Origin: Eledone cirrhosa | Lineage: Eukaryota | Length of the DNA: 64,000 nt | Assembly (NCBI GenBank): GCA_964016885.1 | Contig: OZ024743.1 | Coordinates: 21,266,001 to 21,330,000, forward strand | Direction of reading: 5' to 3' | Shown here: positions 24,103-37,652 of the stretch, piece by piece | Layout: each line of letters opens with the position of its first letter | Position numbering within the stretch: the first letter of the stretch is position 1 | Notes under the pieces: model-generated | What the model was told of the DNA's origin: nothing | What the model saw: the letters and a program-made list of their open reading frames with translations, nothing else | Databases searched by the model: none | Position numbers and translations under genes: made by a program

Positions 24103-24707
24103 CTTAACTGACAGAAGTAGTTTATTCAACGGAGCCAATGTTTACATAACTGAACATCGTAACACTTTACAGGTTTCAAGTTTTAATATACTAGCTTGTG
24201 TTTTCTAATTTTAAATAACTTTAGATAACTTTCTAACACGGGTGCAATGCGACACGTTTCGTTGGGAAATCTATGTATGTACCCATAACCCTTGATAGGG
24301 ACTCTGTCGTGATACACGACGTGTCTTGGGCAATTTAAACCTTCCCTCTAGGTCCGAGCGTAGCCGATCTTTTCCAGAGAAGAAGAGAGGGGTGGGAGAG
24401 AGAGAGGGGAAGAGAGAGAGAGATGGGAAGAATTGAACCCGTTACTAGACTAGTATTATTTTTTTATCGAACATGAAAGGCAAAGTTGAACTCAGCGAGC
24501 AGGAAGGTATACCGCTAATCATTCCATCTGACGCTCTACTGATTTTGCCAATTTACCACTCGACATGTACATATTTCCCCGTCCCTTGGATTATGAATGA
24601 TAAAGCTGACCGGGAGAGATTTTGAACTCAGAACGTAATGAAATAGTGTAATATATTGAATCCATCGCTATATTATATCTGTCACTCGCAGTAGATTCCT
24701 GTTCTTA

Positions 24708-24791
<84 letters not shown>

Positions 24792-24999
24792 TAGATATGT
24801 ATATATTAATATATATATTAATATATATATATATATTAAATATATATATATATTAATTCAAAATATTAATAAATATAGACATTCATGTGATCAAATATAT
24901 TTTATTATATATATTTCAGTGTTATATATATATATATATACACATATAAATACATATATATATAATATATACACACCACACAAACATACATATCTATAT

Positions 25000-26178
25000 A
25001 TATATATATAAAATTAAGTATGTGTGTGTGTCTGTGTATCTGTGTATTACTTATAGGGGCCTACATCTTACGACCGATTTTCATGAAACTTTACAGGCTC
25101 ATAGATTAGTCATCGGGGAGTGTTTTCTATATATCAGCGTATCGTTTTTTTTTTAATTCCGGGGTCATTCTGGAGATAAAAATCGATAGGGGGGGGGGGT
25201 CACCTTTTTTTAGGTACGAAATATAAGATTTTTGGCTCTAGCTCCCACATTTTGCCACCGATTTCGTTCAAATTTTAAAGCAAAATAGAATTTATCATTG
25301 CACATCTTGTATTTTGCATTTGCTCTTCAGGGACGGCGTGGCAGCTGCTTAAATATTCAAAGTTACCACTTTTAGACTCAAATTTCCACTTTTTCGGCTC
25401 TAACTCCCCCATGAATCAACCTACTTTGTTCAAATTTTACACTACGCTAGATCTGATTGTTTCACGTCTTACAGTGGCTTTACATTTTGGATTTTTCTTT
25501 CAGGAACGGCGTGGCAGCCGCTTAAATATTCGAAAATACCACATTTTCTCTCAAATTTCCGCCTTTTCGGCTCTAGCTCCCACATTTTTCAATCGATTTC
25601 GTTCAAATTCGAAACTTCGGCTCCACTTCACACATAAATCAATTTATTTGGTTCAACTTTTATACTACAATAGAACATATCATTGCACATCTTATAGTAG
25701 CTTTACACTTTGCATTTTTTGTTCAGGGATGGCGACCTATCATTAGCTCCCACATTTTCAACCGATTTCGTTCAAATTCGAATCTTCGGCTCCACCTCAC
25801 ACATAAATCAATTTATTTGGTTCAACTTTTATACTATGATAGAACCTATCATTGCACATCTTATAGGTGGTCAAAAGCAAAACAATGGCCACTGACGTCG
25901 TCTGAGCTTTTAGTTGTGTATTTGAGAATTCATCGGTTTCCAATCAAGTAGCGTGAGGAAATTTGGCTTAGTGTTAAAGGTCATTACCTACCTCCACCAG
26001 CATGCCCCTTCGTCAGTCACTCGCGTTTCTCAGTGATAGAGGTAATCACCACCCTCCCCCGCGTGGCCTGTGTGTGGCTATAGATGAGTCATCGATAAGC
26101 AGTCGCTAAGATCAACACCTTTTCATCGAAGCAGATATTATTTTACCTACCCGGGCAACGCTGGGTACTGCTGCTAGT
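25000..26178 (+). mobile_element. Non-autonomous Helitron-like element with internal tandem subrepeats
   Basis: 5' tatataaaa..gtgtgtctg..accgattttcatgaaacttt; 3' hairpin cccgggcaacgctggg plus CTAG|T; repeated ggctctagctcccacattt..cgatttcgttcaaatt units at 25230-25870. Confidence 0.7.
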
Positions 26179-26229
26179 ATATATATATATATAATAATAA
26201 TAATGATAATATTTATACTTATATATATA

Positions 26230-26395
26230 TAATATATATAATTATGAATAAGATAAGGGTAATATTGTGTATTACCCAATTACCACTAAGAAAATTAGCT
26301 TAATGTAAAATATCAGATATACTACAGTATATATCTGGAAGAAACGATCGTTAGTAATTAAATGCATTAAACAAAAATGTGATTGTTATCTATGT

Positions 26396-26461
<66 letters not shown>

Positions 26462-26515
26462 CAACATAGATAACAATCAAATTTTTATTTAATGCATTTA
26501 ATTACTAACGATCTT
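26230..26515. mobile_element. (TA)n-embedded fold-back fragment with a hammerhead 3' half
   Basis: GAAA-cgatcg-TT-agtaatt at 26341-26360; 26346-26400 inverted at 26458-26513; CUGANGA core degenerate. Confidence 0.5.
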
Positions 26516-26799
26516 ATATATATATATTATTCATAGTCTATATTTTCAATGTTCTATGACGGTGAAGAGGATCAAGTAAGACTGTGACACTCTGTAGGGA
26601 ATGACATGAACGTGACACTTCCTATTACTTACCTTTGAAGTAATGCAGATTTAAAGTCGACAGAAAAATACACCAGTAAAAGAGAGAAAGAATACATTTA
26701 AGGGCGATGGAGAGTGAGGAACAATAATTAAGGGGGCCTCTTCTGGTGTTTTGGGAGCAGATTTTCAAGACATCTCACAAAAAAGATATACTTTGCGTT

Positions 26800-27080
26800 G
26801 TGAAGGCGCGTGGCTTTGTTGTTAGGGTAATCGGCTCACGATTGTGAGTTCGGTTCCCAGCGGAAGCAAGACACTTTAGTTCACGTTGCTCCAGTCCACT
26901 CAGCTGGCAAAAATGAGATGTACCTGTAGTTAGAAGGGCCAACCTGAATCTCCCTGAGAATCGTGTCATGGGTACCCGTGTCTGTGGAATGCTCAGCCAC
27001 TTGCACGTTGACTTCACGTGTTGGCTGTTCCGTTGATCGTATCGACTGGAACACTCGTCGTGGTAACCGACGAAGTGCCT
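26800..27080 (+). mobile_element. Second tRNA-derived SINE family
   Basis: gaaggcgcgtggct..gttaggg..gagttcggttccc head; body shared with the 21490 and 38500 copies. Confidence 0.75.
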
Positions 27081-27399
27081 CTAATACTTTATGTTGTAGC
27101 GTGGGTGTATTATTTTGACTTTGTTATTAGGACAGCTTGGTTACAGCTAATTACTAATTTACTGTTAGTTAACTATACATTATTTTATTGTTAGTGTGTT
27201 TTAGTTTATAGGCACGAGTGAAACCTAAGGGCAGCAGCAACGAACTCCTCCCTCTTACACCAGTGGCCAACCAATACAGGCTGGAGATAAAATGTGTAGC
27301 AACAAGGGCGGTGCCCCAGCATGGCCTCAGCCGGATGGCTGGAACAGGTAAAAGGGTAAAAGAGTAAAAGAGTATATAATCCAGTTTTCTATTATTTGT

Positions 27400-28130
27400 T
27401 TTGGTTTTGATATTTTCATATTTAGTTGTCTGATGCTAAGTTTTATTTCGATGTTGTGGTTTTGATGTATTGTGTAGGGGTGTGTCTGATTTCTTTATGA
27501 ATCTGGTTATTCCTGATGTGTAATTGTGTTTTTATGATGGCGTGTAGTATATATCGTTCGGCTGTGTCTATAATTATTGTGTTGAATGTGTATACAAAAC
27601 CTGTCAACTCTCCCCGTCCGACGTGGAGTTCTCCCACCCACTTTGGGGTGGGTGAGTGATGTCTTCTCTTATAGCTTTCATTATGTAAAATCTCCCCATT
27701 TTGCCTCATTTCTTCCCGTTTTGGGGCACTTGCTTTCCTGGTACTCCTCGTTTTGGGTTTTTAGAGGTTGGTAGGTTTGGTATACTGCGTTGTCTACGTT
27801 GGTAATTGTAAGGTTGATCTCTAAAAACCTTCATTGTGTTTCTTGATTGATTTCATTTTATCAGGCGTTTGGGGAATTATTGAGGGATTTTTTTTGCTGG
27901 CTCCATTGATGTGGGATGTATTGTGATGGTGATTGGTTGGTAGAGAGTTTGAGGAAAGTTAGGAATTGTTTTCCAGTTAGTTGTGGTAGCCAGGTGAGCT
28001 GTGTAGGATGTTATATACAGGGACGAGTCGTAGTTGACTTTGTAACCGTGTATGTATGTGTTGGAGTGGATTGTTGAGGGTACAGAGGGAGTTTAGTGGT
28101 GATGACATAATGTTAGCATTTTTTGTTTTC
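27400..28130 (-). pseudogene. Degenerate PLE 3' (GIY-YIG C-terminal) remnant
   Basis: TAERYILHAIIKTQLHIRNNQIHKEIRH resembles the PLE terminal E-x-I..LN.RNE...CRH motif. Confidence 0.35.
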
Positions 28131-28179
28131 TGTACTATAGACACATACACACACAGACACACACACACACACACACACA

Positions 28180-28257
<78 letters not shown>

Positions 28258-28260
<3 letters not shown>

Positions 28261-28588
28261 CAGAGACAGGTAAACAAACACGAATGGTGAGGCAACGTAA
28301 AGAGAAGAAAACATCAGAAAATCAAGTCAATGATTCATTTTGAACATAAGATCGTGCGAATATGTTTTCCTCGCTTTACGTTGCCTCACCATTCGTGTTT
28401 GTTTACCTGTCTCTCTTTCTCCACCCAACTCTTTTTATCCCAATAACTTAATTTAGTTATTGTATTGCCCTAGCTTGAGGTATATAGTCTTCAATGCGAA
28501 GAAATACCTATGATGGCTAGTCCTGGCTTCTATTTCTAATTCTTTATTATATATATCATATTTGCAACAACACAGCTCGCCATTTTTC

Positions 28589-28592
<4 letters not shown>
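28258..28592. mobile_element. Family B-related fold-back element in (TA)n
   Basis: 28261-28314 inverted at 28361-28414; 3' end matches family B (gaggtatat..gcgaagaaatacc..tttgcaacaacacagctcgccattttt). Confidence 0.7.
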
Positions 28593-28629
<37 letters not shown>

Positions 28630-28653
28630 CATAAATACGCGCACATACACACA

Positions 28654-28724
<71 letters not shown>

Positions 28725-28983
28725 TATATATATATATATATATATTCATTAGTTAAGCAAAACAAGACCACAAATTTCACAAGGAAAACATTATTAAAAG
28801 ATTGTCAACATATTTTAGTTTGATGTAAGGAATGTAGAGAATAATAATAATAATAATATTAATAATAATAATGTCCGTTTACAATTGTTTCGCTACTCCA
28901 TATAATATTTCTGGATCAGATGGCTATATATCATAATTGATCTGGTTCAGTTGAAAATAAAGATTTGTTACTCTTGAACCGTG

Positions 28984-29009
<26 letters not shown>

Positions 29010-29015
<6 letters not shown>

Positions 29016-29241
29016 CAATGAAATTAAACAAAAAAAACGGTTAATTCATAGTAAAACTCATGAATTAACCGTTTTTTGTTTAATTTCATTGTTTTAATAT
29101 TTCTATTTTTGACTCTGTACCCAATGAATTATATCGTTGAAAATTTTGTATTTTAAACTTTGCTTCACGACATCTTCTACATACGGATTACATTGAGTTT
29201 TTCATACGGTTTAGACCCTACCATTGATTGGTAGATTTATC

Positions 29242-29245
<4 letters not shown>
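29010..29245. mobile_element. Short fold-back insert between (TA)n tracts
   Basis: taaaacaatgaaattaaacaaaaaaacggttaattcat is inverted at 29059-29097. Confidence 0.6.
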
Positions 29246-29315
<70 letters not shown>

Positions 29316-30994
29316 TGAAGTAGAATACATTGACACATGTTCAATCTACTCTATAATGAATGTTATCCCCTAAATTATTTACCACTAGTACCGACCCAGA
29401 AAGAAACTGGGTTTTTTTTTGAACGAACATACCTACATTAAACAATGAAATCAAACTGATAAACAACACGTGGATTCCTGCAACATTTATCATGACACCA
29501 CAGAAACTAGGGATTGCCTCATGCGGACCCAGGAACTATCCAAAGAAATACCATTGGAATTTTGAATTGAATCATGGTCTGTACCGATTCTACAAAAGTG
29601 GCGATGTGAAAACGATGAAAGAGTACTGTGATGAAAAATATCCGGTATTCTCAAACCTCACCGTAAGGCAACATCGGTAACAAGTTTCATTCCTTAAGAA
29701 AAATATGCTAATCTACCTAGAAACCAACCTCCAAACCTGCACAATGACTAAAGAACACCCGAGAAGGTTGCTAGGCACACGAATTATGACTGAATTACGA
29801 ACCCAAGCTGGTAAATATTTTATCAACCCCAGTGATATAAAAGGTATCAATATTACCACGGAAAAGCCGTCACAAAATAATTTAGTCCATCCTGTCGTTT
29901 ACGCTTCCACTTACCGAATCTGCAATTTTCTCCTAATGCAGTTTATATATAATATCGTCTTTTTTTAATGTATCATGGATTACGTTTCTGATTACATAAG
30001 ACAGTGAAACGCAGTCTTCAATTTCTGTGGATATTGTCAAGCGTCTTCTGTGTACATCAGAAACAGATAAGTAGGAATACTGCTTTGCTCATGGTCAATT
30101 TTATGTAAGATGCAATGTATCTGGAGGTCCTGCAAATCTCTCTACTTATACCCCTTGTAATTGTGCTGAATGTGTATGTGTGTGAGTAATAGAATGCACC
30201 TGTGTCATTTGATGTATGTTTCTTACTTTGAACCATTTCAAATGTGTCTTTTCTTATAAATTTTGCTTCACAGTGTTCTGTAATATAAAGCCTGCATAAA
30301 GTAAAAAACTACAAAAGAAAAACTAGGTTTCTTCTTCGGGTCCTGAGGAAAGTCCATCCTTAAAGAGCTGTTAACTTTCTTGATAATGAGAAAATGCTGA
30401 AGACCAAAGTATTAGTTACATATTAGGGGGTTGTACTTAGAATATAAAGATACATATCAAACTACATTCCACAAAATTCCATCTAGTTGATAGACACTAA
30501 ATTTCGTCTGCAATTTATTATGCCTTCTCTGGGTTCTTTTTCTAAGATTTCTCACCTGCTTAAGCTTCTCTGAACTTACTAATTATATACAATACCAACC
30601 TAAGAACATTTGATGTATATGTTTGTCTTCTCCAATTCCTCTCCCTACACCCTATAATAAATTCTATATACCTTATTTTATCTCTTAACTCTGTCCCAAG
30701 GGAACTCAGCATGAATAGCAAGTCCATTATTATTGATTTCTTCCTATATAAACAACAGGCGAACTGTGTTGGAAAGCAGTAAAATCAATATAATAACCAC
30801 AAACCCTCCATCTCAATTCTACTTTTGAAAAGCACAGGAACTGCAAAACTGGTTAAGGAACCAAATAAATATTCTTAAAAAACTCCAGTTGCATTTTCAA
30901 TTTCATCTTTTTTCCTTATACTTTCACTCGTGTAGGACATCTCATTTTTTTTCATTTCGTAAAAGAAAACTAATTTTCTAATCTAATATATATA

Positions 30995-31195
30995 TTAGAA
31001 ATAGCCATCGAAACGGCTTGAGCTCTGCCGTCGGGGTCATACTTTTTCCTATTTCCCACTCTACTACCCTAGGTATTGAGTACTCTGGTGCGTTATGGTC
31101 CATCTGGTTCCTTACCACAATCCCTTTGTTACATATATATATAGAGAAATAGCCGTCGAAACGGCTTGAGCTCTGCCGTCGGCGTCATACTTTTT

Positions 31196-31200
<5 letters not shown>
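30995..31200 (+). mobile_element. Family G fragments (two in tandem) in TA tracts
   Basis: agaaatagccgtcGAAAcggcttgagctctgccgTCggggtc occurs twice; same family as 40612, 58560 and 62477. Confidence 0.75.
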
Positions 31201-31258
<58 letters not shown>

Positions 31259-31860
31259 GATTTACATATACATAAAGTCACAGATATATATGTGGCAACC
31301 GGTCACGTTGTGGCTCAATGAAGAATTAATAAATTGGGCTGCGCTTTCTAGCAACCAGCCTACCCGCCGTAAGCAACTAATCACATTCTTTCTAACTTGA
31401 CCACTGCCACGTCACGATTCTTAGCCATTTTTAAATCTATTTTTGGCGCGATCGCTTTGGAAAATTAACTGTCCTACTTGAGTTTGACTCCTGAAGAGTT
31501 TGTTACTCTAGATTCATCCTAACAATAGGATATCTAAAAATACGGATGAAACTATGATAGAGATGTAATTACGGTATGTACACGTTTCTTCTAAGTTTAA
31601 ATATACACCTAATTGTGTATGGTTGATGGTTTATTTATTCAGTTTCTACATGCTGTTGAAATGTTGGGTAAATACTCTATTGAGGTCACCGCGAAGAGGC
31701 CGCTTTCGGTTATTTATCAAATATTTCTTCATATAAGCCTTTATTCTTATAGCCTGGTCTAATTGATTTTTTTATATGGTTAATTATGCTAATTCGGAGA
31801 GGAAATGGTATATATTTTATCTAATAATTGTAAGGACATGATTTATGATATATATATATA

Positions 31861-31955
<95 letters not shown>

Positions 31956-32115
31956 TGACGAAACATAAGTCAATTGCATGAACACATAATCCATTATTTA
32001 CTGCTATATATATTTCGATGATAGCCATTGAATGGCTATGACCTCATCAGGCAGTTAGTCAGTACTTAGATATGCCAGCTCTGTGTTTATAGTGTTGATG
32101 GTATCAGAGCCTTGC

Positions 32116-32170
<55 letters not shown>

Positions 32171-32175
<5 letters not shown>

Positions 32176-32709
32176 CAAGGGAGTGTAAACACAGAAAATA
32201 TCTTAAAAAATAATAAATAAATTGTAAAAAATTCACTGTACTTACCACGGTTTCAGATCCCAAACAAATAGAAAATCCAAGCGGATTTCCATTGGGAAAG
32301 AGATCATCGTCAGAAGGCTTTTCTCTCTCGGAGAATATAAAATTCCCGAGTTAAAATTACAAACTGGCACCAATCCAAACTGCCCCAGAATGAGACCAAA
32401 TGACGTTGATCTCTTTCTCAATGGATATCCGCTTGGATTTTCTATTTGTTTGGATCTGAAACCACGGTAAGGATTTTCTATTTGTTTGGATCTGAAACCG
32501 CGGTAAGGGCACATATAGTAAGTACAGTGAATTTTTTGGAATTAATTTTTTTTTTTTTTAAGATATTTTCTGTGTTTACACTCCCATGACTTTATATGTT
32601 CTGGCTTGTTAATTTATTAACTTGCCATTGAACCACACTGGCATATGGTCGGACTATACGTGTGCGCCTGTGTGTATTAATTACATGTAGGAACACATAT
32701 TTTTATTAC

Positions 32710-32710
<1 letters not shown>
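32171..32710. mobile_element. (TA)n-embedded fold-back element with hammerhead
   Basis: 32171-32312 inverted at 32400-32595; minus strand 32241-32318 gcctt-CTGACGA-tgatc..gatct-GAAA-ccgtgg-TA-ag; plus arm GAAA-ccgcgg-TA-agggc with a roughly 36 bp internal duplication. Confidence 0.75.
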
Positions 32711-32789
<79 letters not shown>

Positions 32790-32793
<4 letters not shown>

Positions 32794-33430
32794 TAGTAAT
32801 AATAATAAATTTGAAGACTAAAATCCAAAGAGGGCTAGATAAGGATAAATATATATCAAATATATAAGAACCGTAGAGCAAATATTTATTAAAATAACAG
32901 ATTAAAGTTTAAGCAAAGAATCGCTGCTTTCACCCTTAACGGGATCTTCTGAAACTAACAAAGTCAATCTGTAAACGCAGAACTGGATATTTCAAAAAAC
33001 CTTGCAACCGGAGGAAGACAGGGAGACGATACTTAGTTCGTGGAAACGTTCGCTGGCTAAGAACGGGAAAAAACGAATATAATACGTATTATCTTCGTTT
33101 TTTTCGTTCATTGCCAGAGAACGTCTCTATGCACCACCTAAGAGAACATTAATCTACGACTTCTTTTATACCATAAACGTGGTTCTGTCTTTGCGCGTAA
33201 TTGTTTTTCACCGCTCCTATTAATGACGTATTATATTCGTTTTTTCCCGTTCTTAGCCAGCGAACGTTTCCACGAACTAAGTATCGTCTTCCTGTCTTCC
33301 TCCGGTTGCAACGTTTTTTGAAATATCCAGTTCTGCGTTTACAGATTGACTTTGTTAGTTTCAGAAGATCCCGTTAAGGGTGAAAGCAGCGATTCTTTGC
33401 TTAAACTTTAATCTGTTATTTTAATAAATA
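32790..33430. mobile_element. (TA)n-embedded fold-back element with about 205 bp arms and variant hammerhead
   Basis: 32883-33088 inverted at 33225-33430; agttt-CAGAAGA-tccc(gttaa)gggt-GAAA-gca..tgc-TT-aaact at 33357-33407; other copies at 41528-41716 and 63120-63195. Confidence 0.8.
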
Positions 33431-33641
33431 TATATAATATTTATGTATATATGATATTTACATATATATATATAATATTTATATATATATATGTGATGTA
33501 TATTTATATACATATATAATATATTTATATATATATAATTCATTTATATATATATACATATATAATTTATATATATATAGTTTATTTATATATATATACA
33601 TAATTTATATATATAATACATATTTATATGTATATAATATT

Positions 33642-33714
<73 letters not shown>

Positions 33715-33734
33715 ATATTTATTATATACATATT

Positions 33735-34352
33735 GATGACGCACGCCTTATCTTATGCTCTAATTTTATTCATATGTATCCTATTTGCAACAACGCAGCT
33801 CGCCATTTTTCATTTATATTTTTCCCTCCGCTGTGACTAGTCTGTTTCTTTCTTACCGCTATCTCTTTCTCTCCCCCTGTATCTCTCACCTTCATTTCAC
33901 CCCCTCTGCGAGTCACTCTCTCTCAGCTGGCCTCTTTCTCGCACTTTCACTCGCTCACTCTCTGCTGCTCCTCCTCTCTCACTCCCTCACATCTGGCCTG
34001 TGTGGGGTCCTTTTTCTTGCTTACATCTCATATGGCTCGGACGCGCCTGTGTCTCTCGTCTATGATTTGATCGAACTTAAGTTCACAGATATCACGGACT
34101 TGTTTCCCCTCTTCCTCTCTTTCCGTTGCATTACCATCTCTGTTTGTTTACATGTCTCGCTCGCTTCACCCTATTCTACGTGTCCCAATAACTTTGTTTT
34201 AGTTATTGCTCGCACCAGCCAGAGGTATATGATCTTTAATGCGAAGAAATACCAACGACGGCTGGAAGATCACTGATGACGGACACCTTATCTTCTGCTC
34301 TAATTTGATTCATATGTATCCCATTTTCAACAACGCAACACGCCATTTTCCA
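33735..34352 (+). mobile_element. Family B element with about 80 bp terminal direct repeat (period about 540 bp)
   Basis: 33735-33813 repeated at 34274-34352; TA tracts on both sides. Confidence 0.75.
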
Positions 34353-35720
34353 TATATATATATATATATATTTCCTTTTATATCTTGTTCTATATAATCT
34401 GACCTCCTTAGATGAGTAATGACTGGTGAACCGTATGAAATTCAGAGTAGGTGTATAATGTTTGAAGTCATGGGGAGTATAGTTCACTTGATCAAACTTT
34501 AATACCTGGTTGATCAACGAAAGTATAGCCGCCGAGGTTAACTTTGCCTTTCATCCTTACGGGGTCGATAAAATAAAGTACCAGTAATGTACTTGGTAAT
34601 TGTTGGCCTTGTGCCAAATGTAGAAACAATTATGTCTATATTCTACACTCCATACCATTTTATCACCCTATCCTAGTAACTAGAACGTATACCTCGTTTG
34701 ATAAGCAATTACTCAGCGGTGAATGAAATATTTATACAATCGAAGCAATTGTCCATATAAACTCGTCATCTAATTTACAAGGTCTTCCATAATAAAGAAG
34801 CTACGAAAATACAGAGCTACAGAAACATTTAGTTGAGTTAAACCCAGGTTTTTCAACTTTGTCTTATTTTTGCCTCTTTTGCTTCATTTCCCTTCTTTCT
34901 TTTTTTTCTACCTTTCCTTGTCTCTCGCTTTTTGTTTCATAATTATAAAGGATATTATATAACTCTTCTAATCTGTCATGGCTTACCAACTGTATACGTT
35001 TGTTTAAATTCATAAAATAAATAAAGTGTGATTGTGTGTCTATGGTGAGTGTGGAGGTGATCCTATTTAATTGCGTATGACTACCTTAAGATACATATTT
35101 AGTAGAAAGTCAATGTACAGCACAAAAGAAAAAACCCAGACATTTACTTAATTTTATATGAATAAAGTAATTCTAGGAGTTTGTTTCCATGATGAATTAA
35201 AATGACACTGGTCGGTACTTCATGTTTGCAAACAAACCTTTGTCAAAAACGTCAAAATTATCTACGTTGTTATTTGTAATTCCATAAAGTAACAAATATC
35301 GAATTTCAATGTAATTTTATTTTAATTTCAATTGTGCAAAACGATTAAATTTAGCGTTTTTTTTTAAATATTAAACAACAAAGTTCAATAGGTCTATATA
35401 ATGATAGTATATAAAAACAATAAAAAGAAAAAAAATCACTTGTGAATGTAAGATAAACGAGCAAGGAGCGGCAAACTTTACACCCCAGTATAGACAGTAT
35501 ATATTAGCTGCGACAGAGAAGCCTACTGCATCAGCCACTCCACCTCACGTGTCTCCTTACTCAAACAGGATACAAACTTCCCAATGTAACACGTAATAGT
35601 AATAGTTCGAGGGCGAGACACTAAAGATCTCGACAGCGACCAGCATGAAAAGAAATCAGTCGGTCAAGTGTAATTTGTTTTTAATGCGTTAAATATATTT
35701 TTTTTTATTTCAAAAAATTA

Positions 35721-36186
35721 AGTAACGAAAAAAGGGGGGAAGTGGTAAAGAAGGGCAGATCTGGCTGTATGGGGAAGTAAAGGAATATAAATGCCATAAT
35801 TGAGAAGAGAAGGAGAGAAAGAGCAAGGGCCATTAGGCAACGGAAGAAAGAGAGGGGAAGGGGAGAGAGTGACAGACTCTGCACCTAGATCGAGGCGGTG
35901 TTTCGGCTGCGCCCCGCGGACACAACTGCAAAAGCATTTCCGTGAACAATGGCCAGCGATACCCGCTGCAACAGCCACCCCACCCCGAGGGGCTCCTTCT
36001 TCAGACCGGCTGCTGACGTTCCGAATTTACGGCAGATCTCGGCTGTACCGGGTCCAAAGACACCTGAGGTCTCGAAATTATTCTTCAATAAATAAATATT
36101 CATTGTAGAATCTAGGTTCTCAACTTGTTTTTCTCCATGCCTCCCCAAGACGTCCTAATTTTTAAAATCCCCCCCTCCCACGTTAT
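35721..36186 (+). mobile_element. Possible solo LTR (GC-rich island)
   Basis: Termini agtaacg..gggggg and cccccc..cgttat are imperfectly inverted, flanked by atta on both sides; internal TATAAA (about 35786) and AATAAA (about 36087). Confidence 0.4.
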
Positions 36187-37267
36187 ATTACTGATATTTA
36201 CATAAGTAGACAAACATATTTAAAAAGAGACAGCACAACAACGAATGTTTACAAATAAATACAAAAAGATTTATTTGGTTATTGTTTGGTAAATGTACAG
36301 AAAATAAGTTAAACACTGCGCAATTGTGGTAAACAGGTTGTAATTGAGATCGAAATGATGATTGTTTTACTTTTAAAGACTTATACGCACTTCCCCAAAT
36401 TCCCCAAAGTAATCGGCTATAAGAAAAGACTGGTATGGAGTATCTACAATGTAGATACAATTTGTAAAAGTGTAGTTTTTAATCACCTTATCAATGGACT
36501 CTATTTTGTTGATTTCATTAGCCTATAAGTGATCCGAATAAATTATTCTGAATGTACCTGAATCTTTGTATTTGTTGTTTGTTTGTGTACGCGGATATTG
36601 CGGCTATGCATTGTTTAAGCTCTGTATAATCAGTGTACAAGATTGTTTGGGTTTTTTAAAGTTATTGATAATTATGAAATAGTATTTTAAGGTATAATGA
36701 GGTTTTTTATATTAATGTATGTGTGGCTTTGTATGGTTTGACAATCAAATTGAGGTTTAATCTACTAAAGAGCTGTCCTAAAAGTTTATGACTACATATG
36801 GCAGAGGTGTCTTATTGTGCGTCTTGCGTAAAAGTCAAAATTCTAAGGTCAAGTTGCAGTAAATCTATTTAAGAGCGCTACTAAGTGTTTGTTAGTGTAT
36901 AGCAGGAGTATCATATAGATTCTACTGCGTGGGGAACACACCGATGGATTAAGTGTTACTACACAATGGAGCGGATAACCGCTCTTCAGAGACTTAATAG
37001 GGTGTTGGTTGGTTGGGTGAGGTTAATTAGATAGATTATATGAATTATGCAGATGGTTGTGAGTGATAAACAAATAAACGGTAGAAAGGGAAGAAGGGGA
37101 GAAATAAATGTCAGATATGAGGAGGGCTGGTGGTCAACCTAGTGCGAACTGACGTTTCTCCGGTACAAACTGAAGGCTCGTAGTTTAAAGGATTCTGTGT
37201 TTATTCTAAGGGAAGATGTACAGCCATTTCAACCATCTTGGCCGCAGTCAACTCTTATCGTTTAAAC

Positions 37268-37652
37268 TAGAGGTTCGCAAAGTGGGCGTTACCACCCTGA
37301 TAGGGGCGCTGGGGCCTAAGGGGGCGGTAGAAATGATATAATAATATATTAAATATCAAATGATACATATTATATATAAATATAGTAAAATAAAAAATAT
37401 ATAACATTTATTTATACTGCCGAGGTTAACTTTGACGGGATCGATAAAATAAAGTACCAGTAATGTACTGGGTAATTGCTGGCCTTGTGCCAAAAGTAGA
37501 AACAATTATTTATTATATATAAATTAACGATTTTATTTATTAAATATTATTTACAATTTGTGTCTCTCTGGAAATATGGGAAGGGGCGCTGAGGTTGAGG
37601 TTATCACGTGGCTGTGAGGGGGACGGAGACCCCAAAATGTTGAGAACCTGTG
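37268..37652. mobile_element. hAT (Charlie-like) MITE with 8 bp target site duplication
   Basis: gtttaaac on both sides (37260-37267 and 37653-37660); termini tagaggttcgcaa and ttgagaacctgtg; SINE fragment nested at 37418-37510. Confidence 0.8.

Noticed and set aside
31487-31565. Hammerhead-like motif (CTGAAGA..GAAA-ctatgatag)
   Set aside because: UH site and stem I 3' strand missing; similar incomplete motifs near 1455, 14075, 20510, 28880, 45785, 56642 and 58971 were not called
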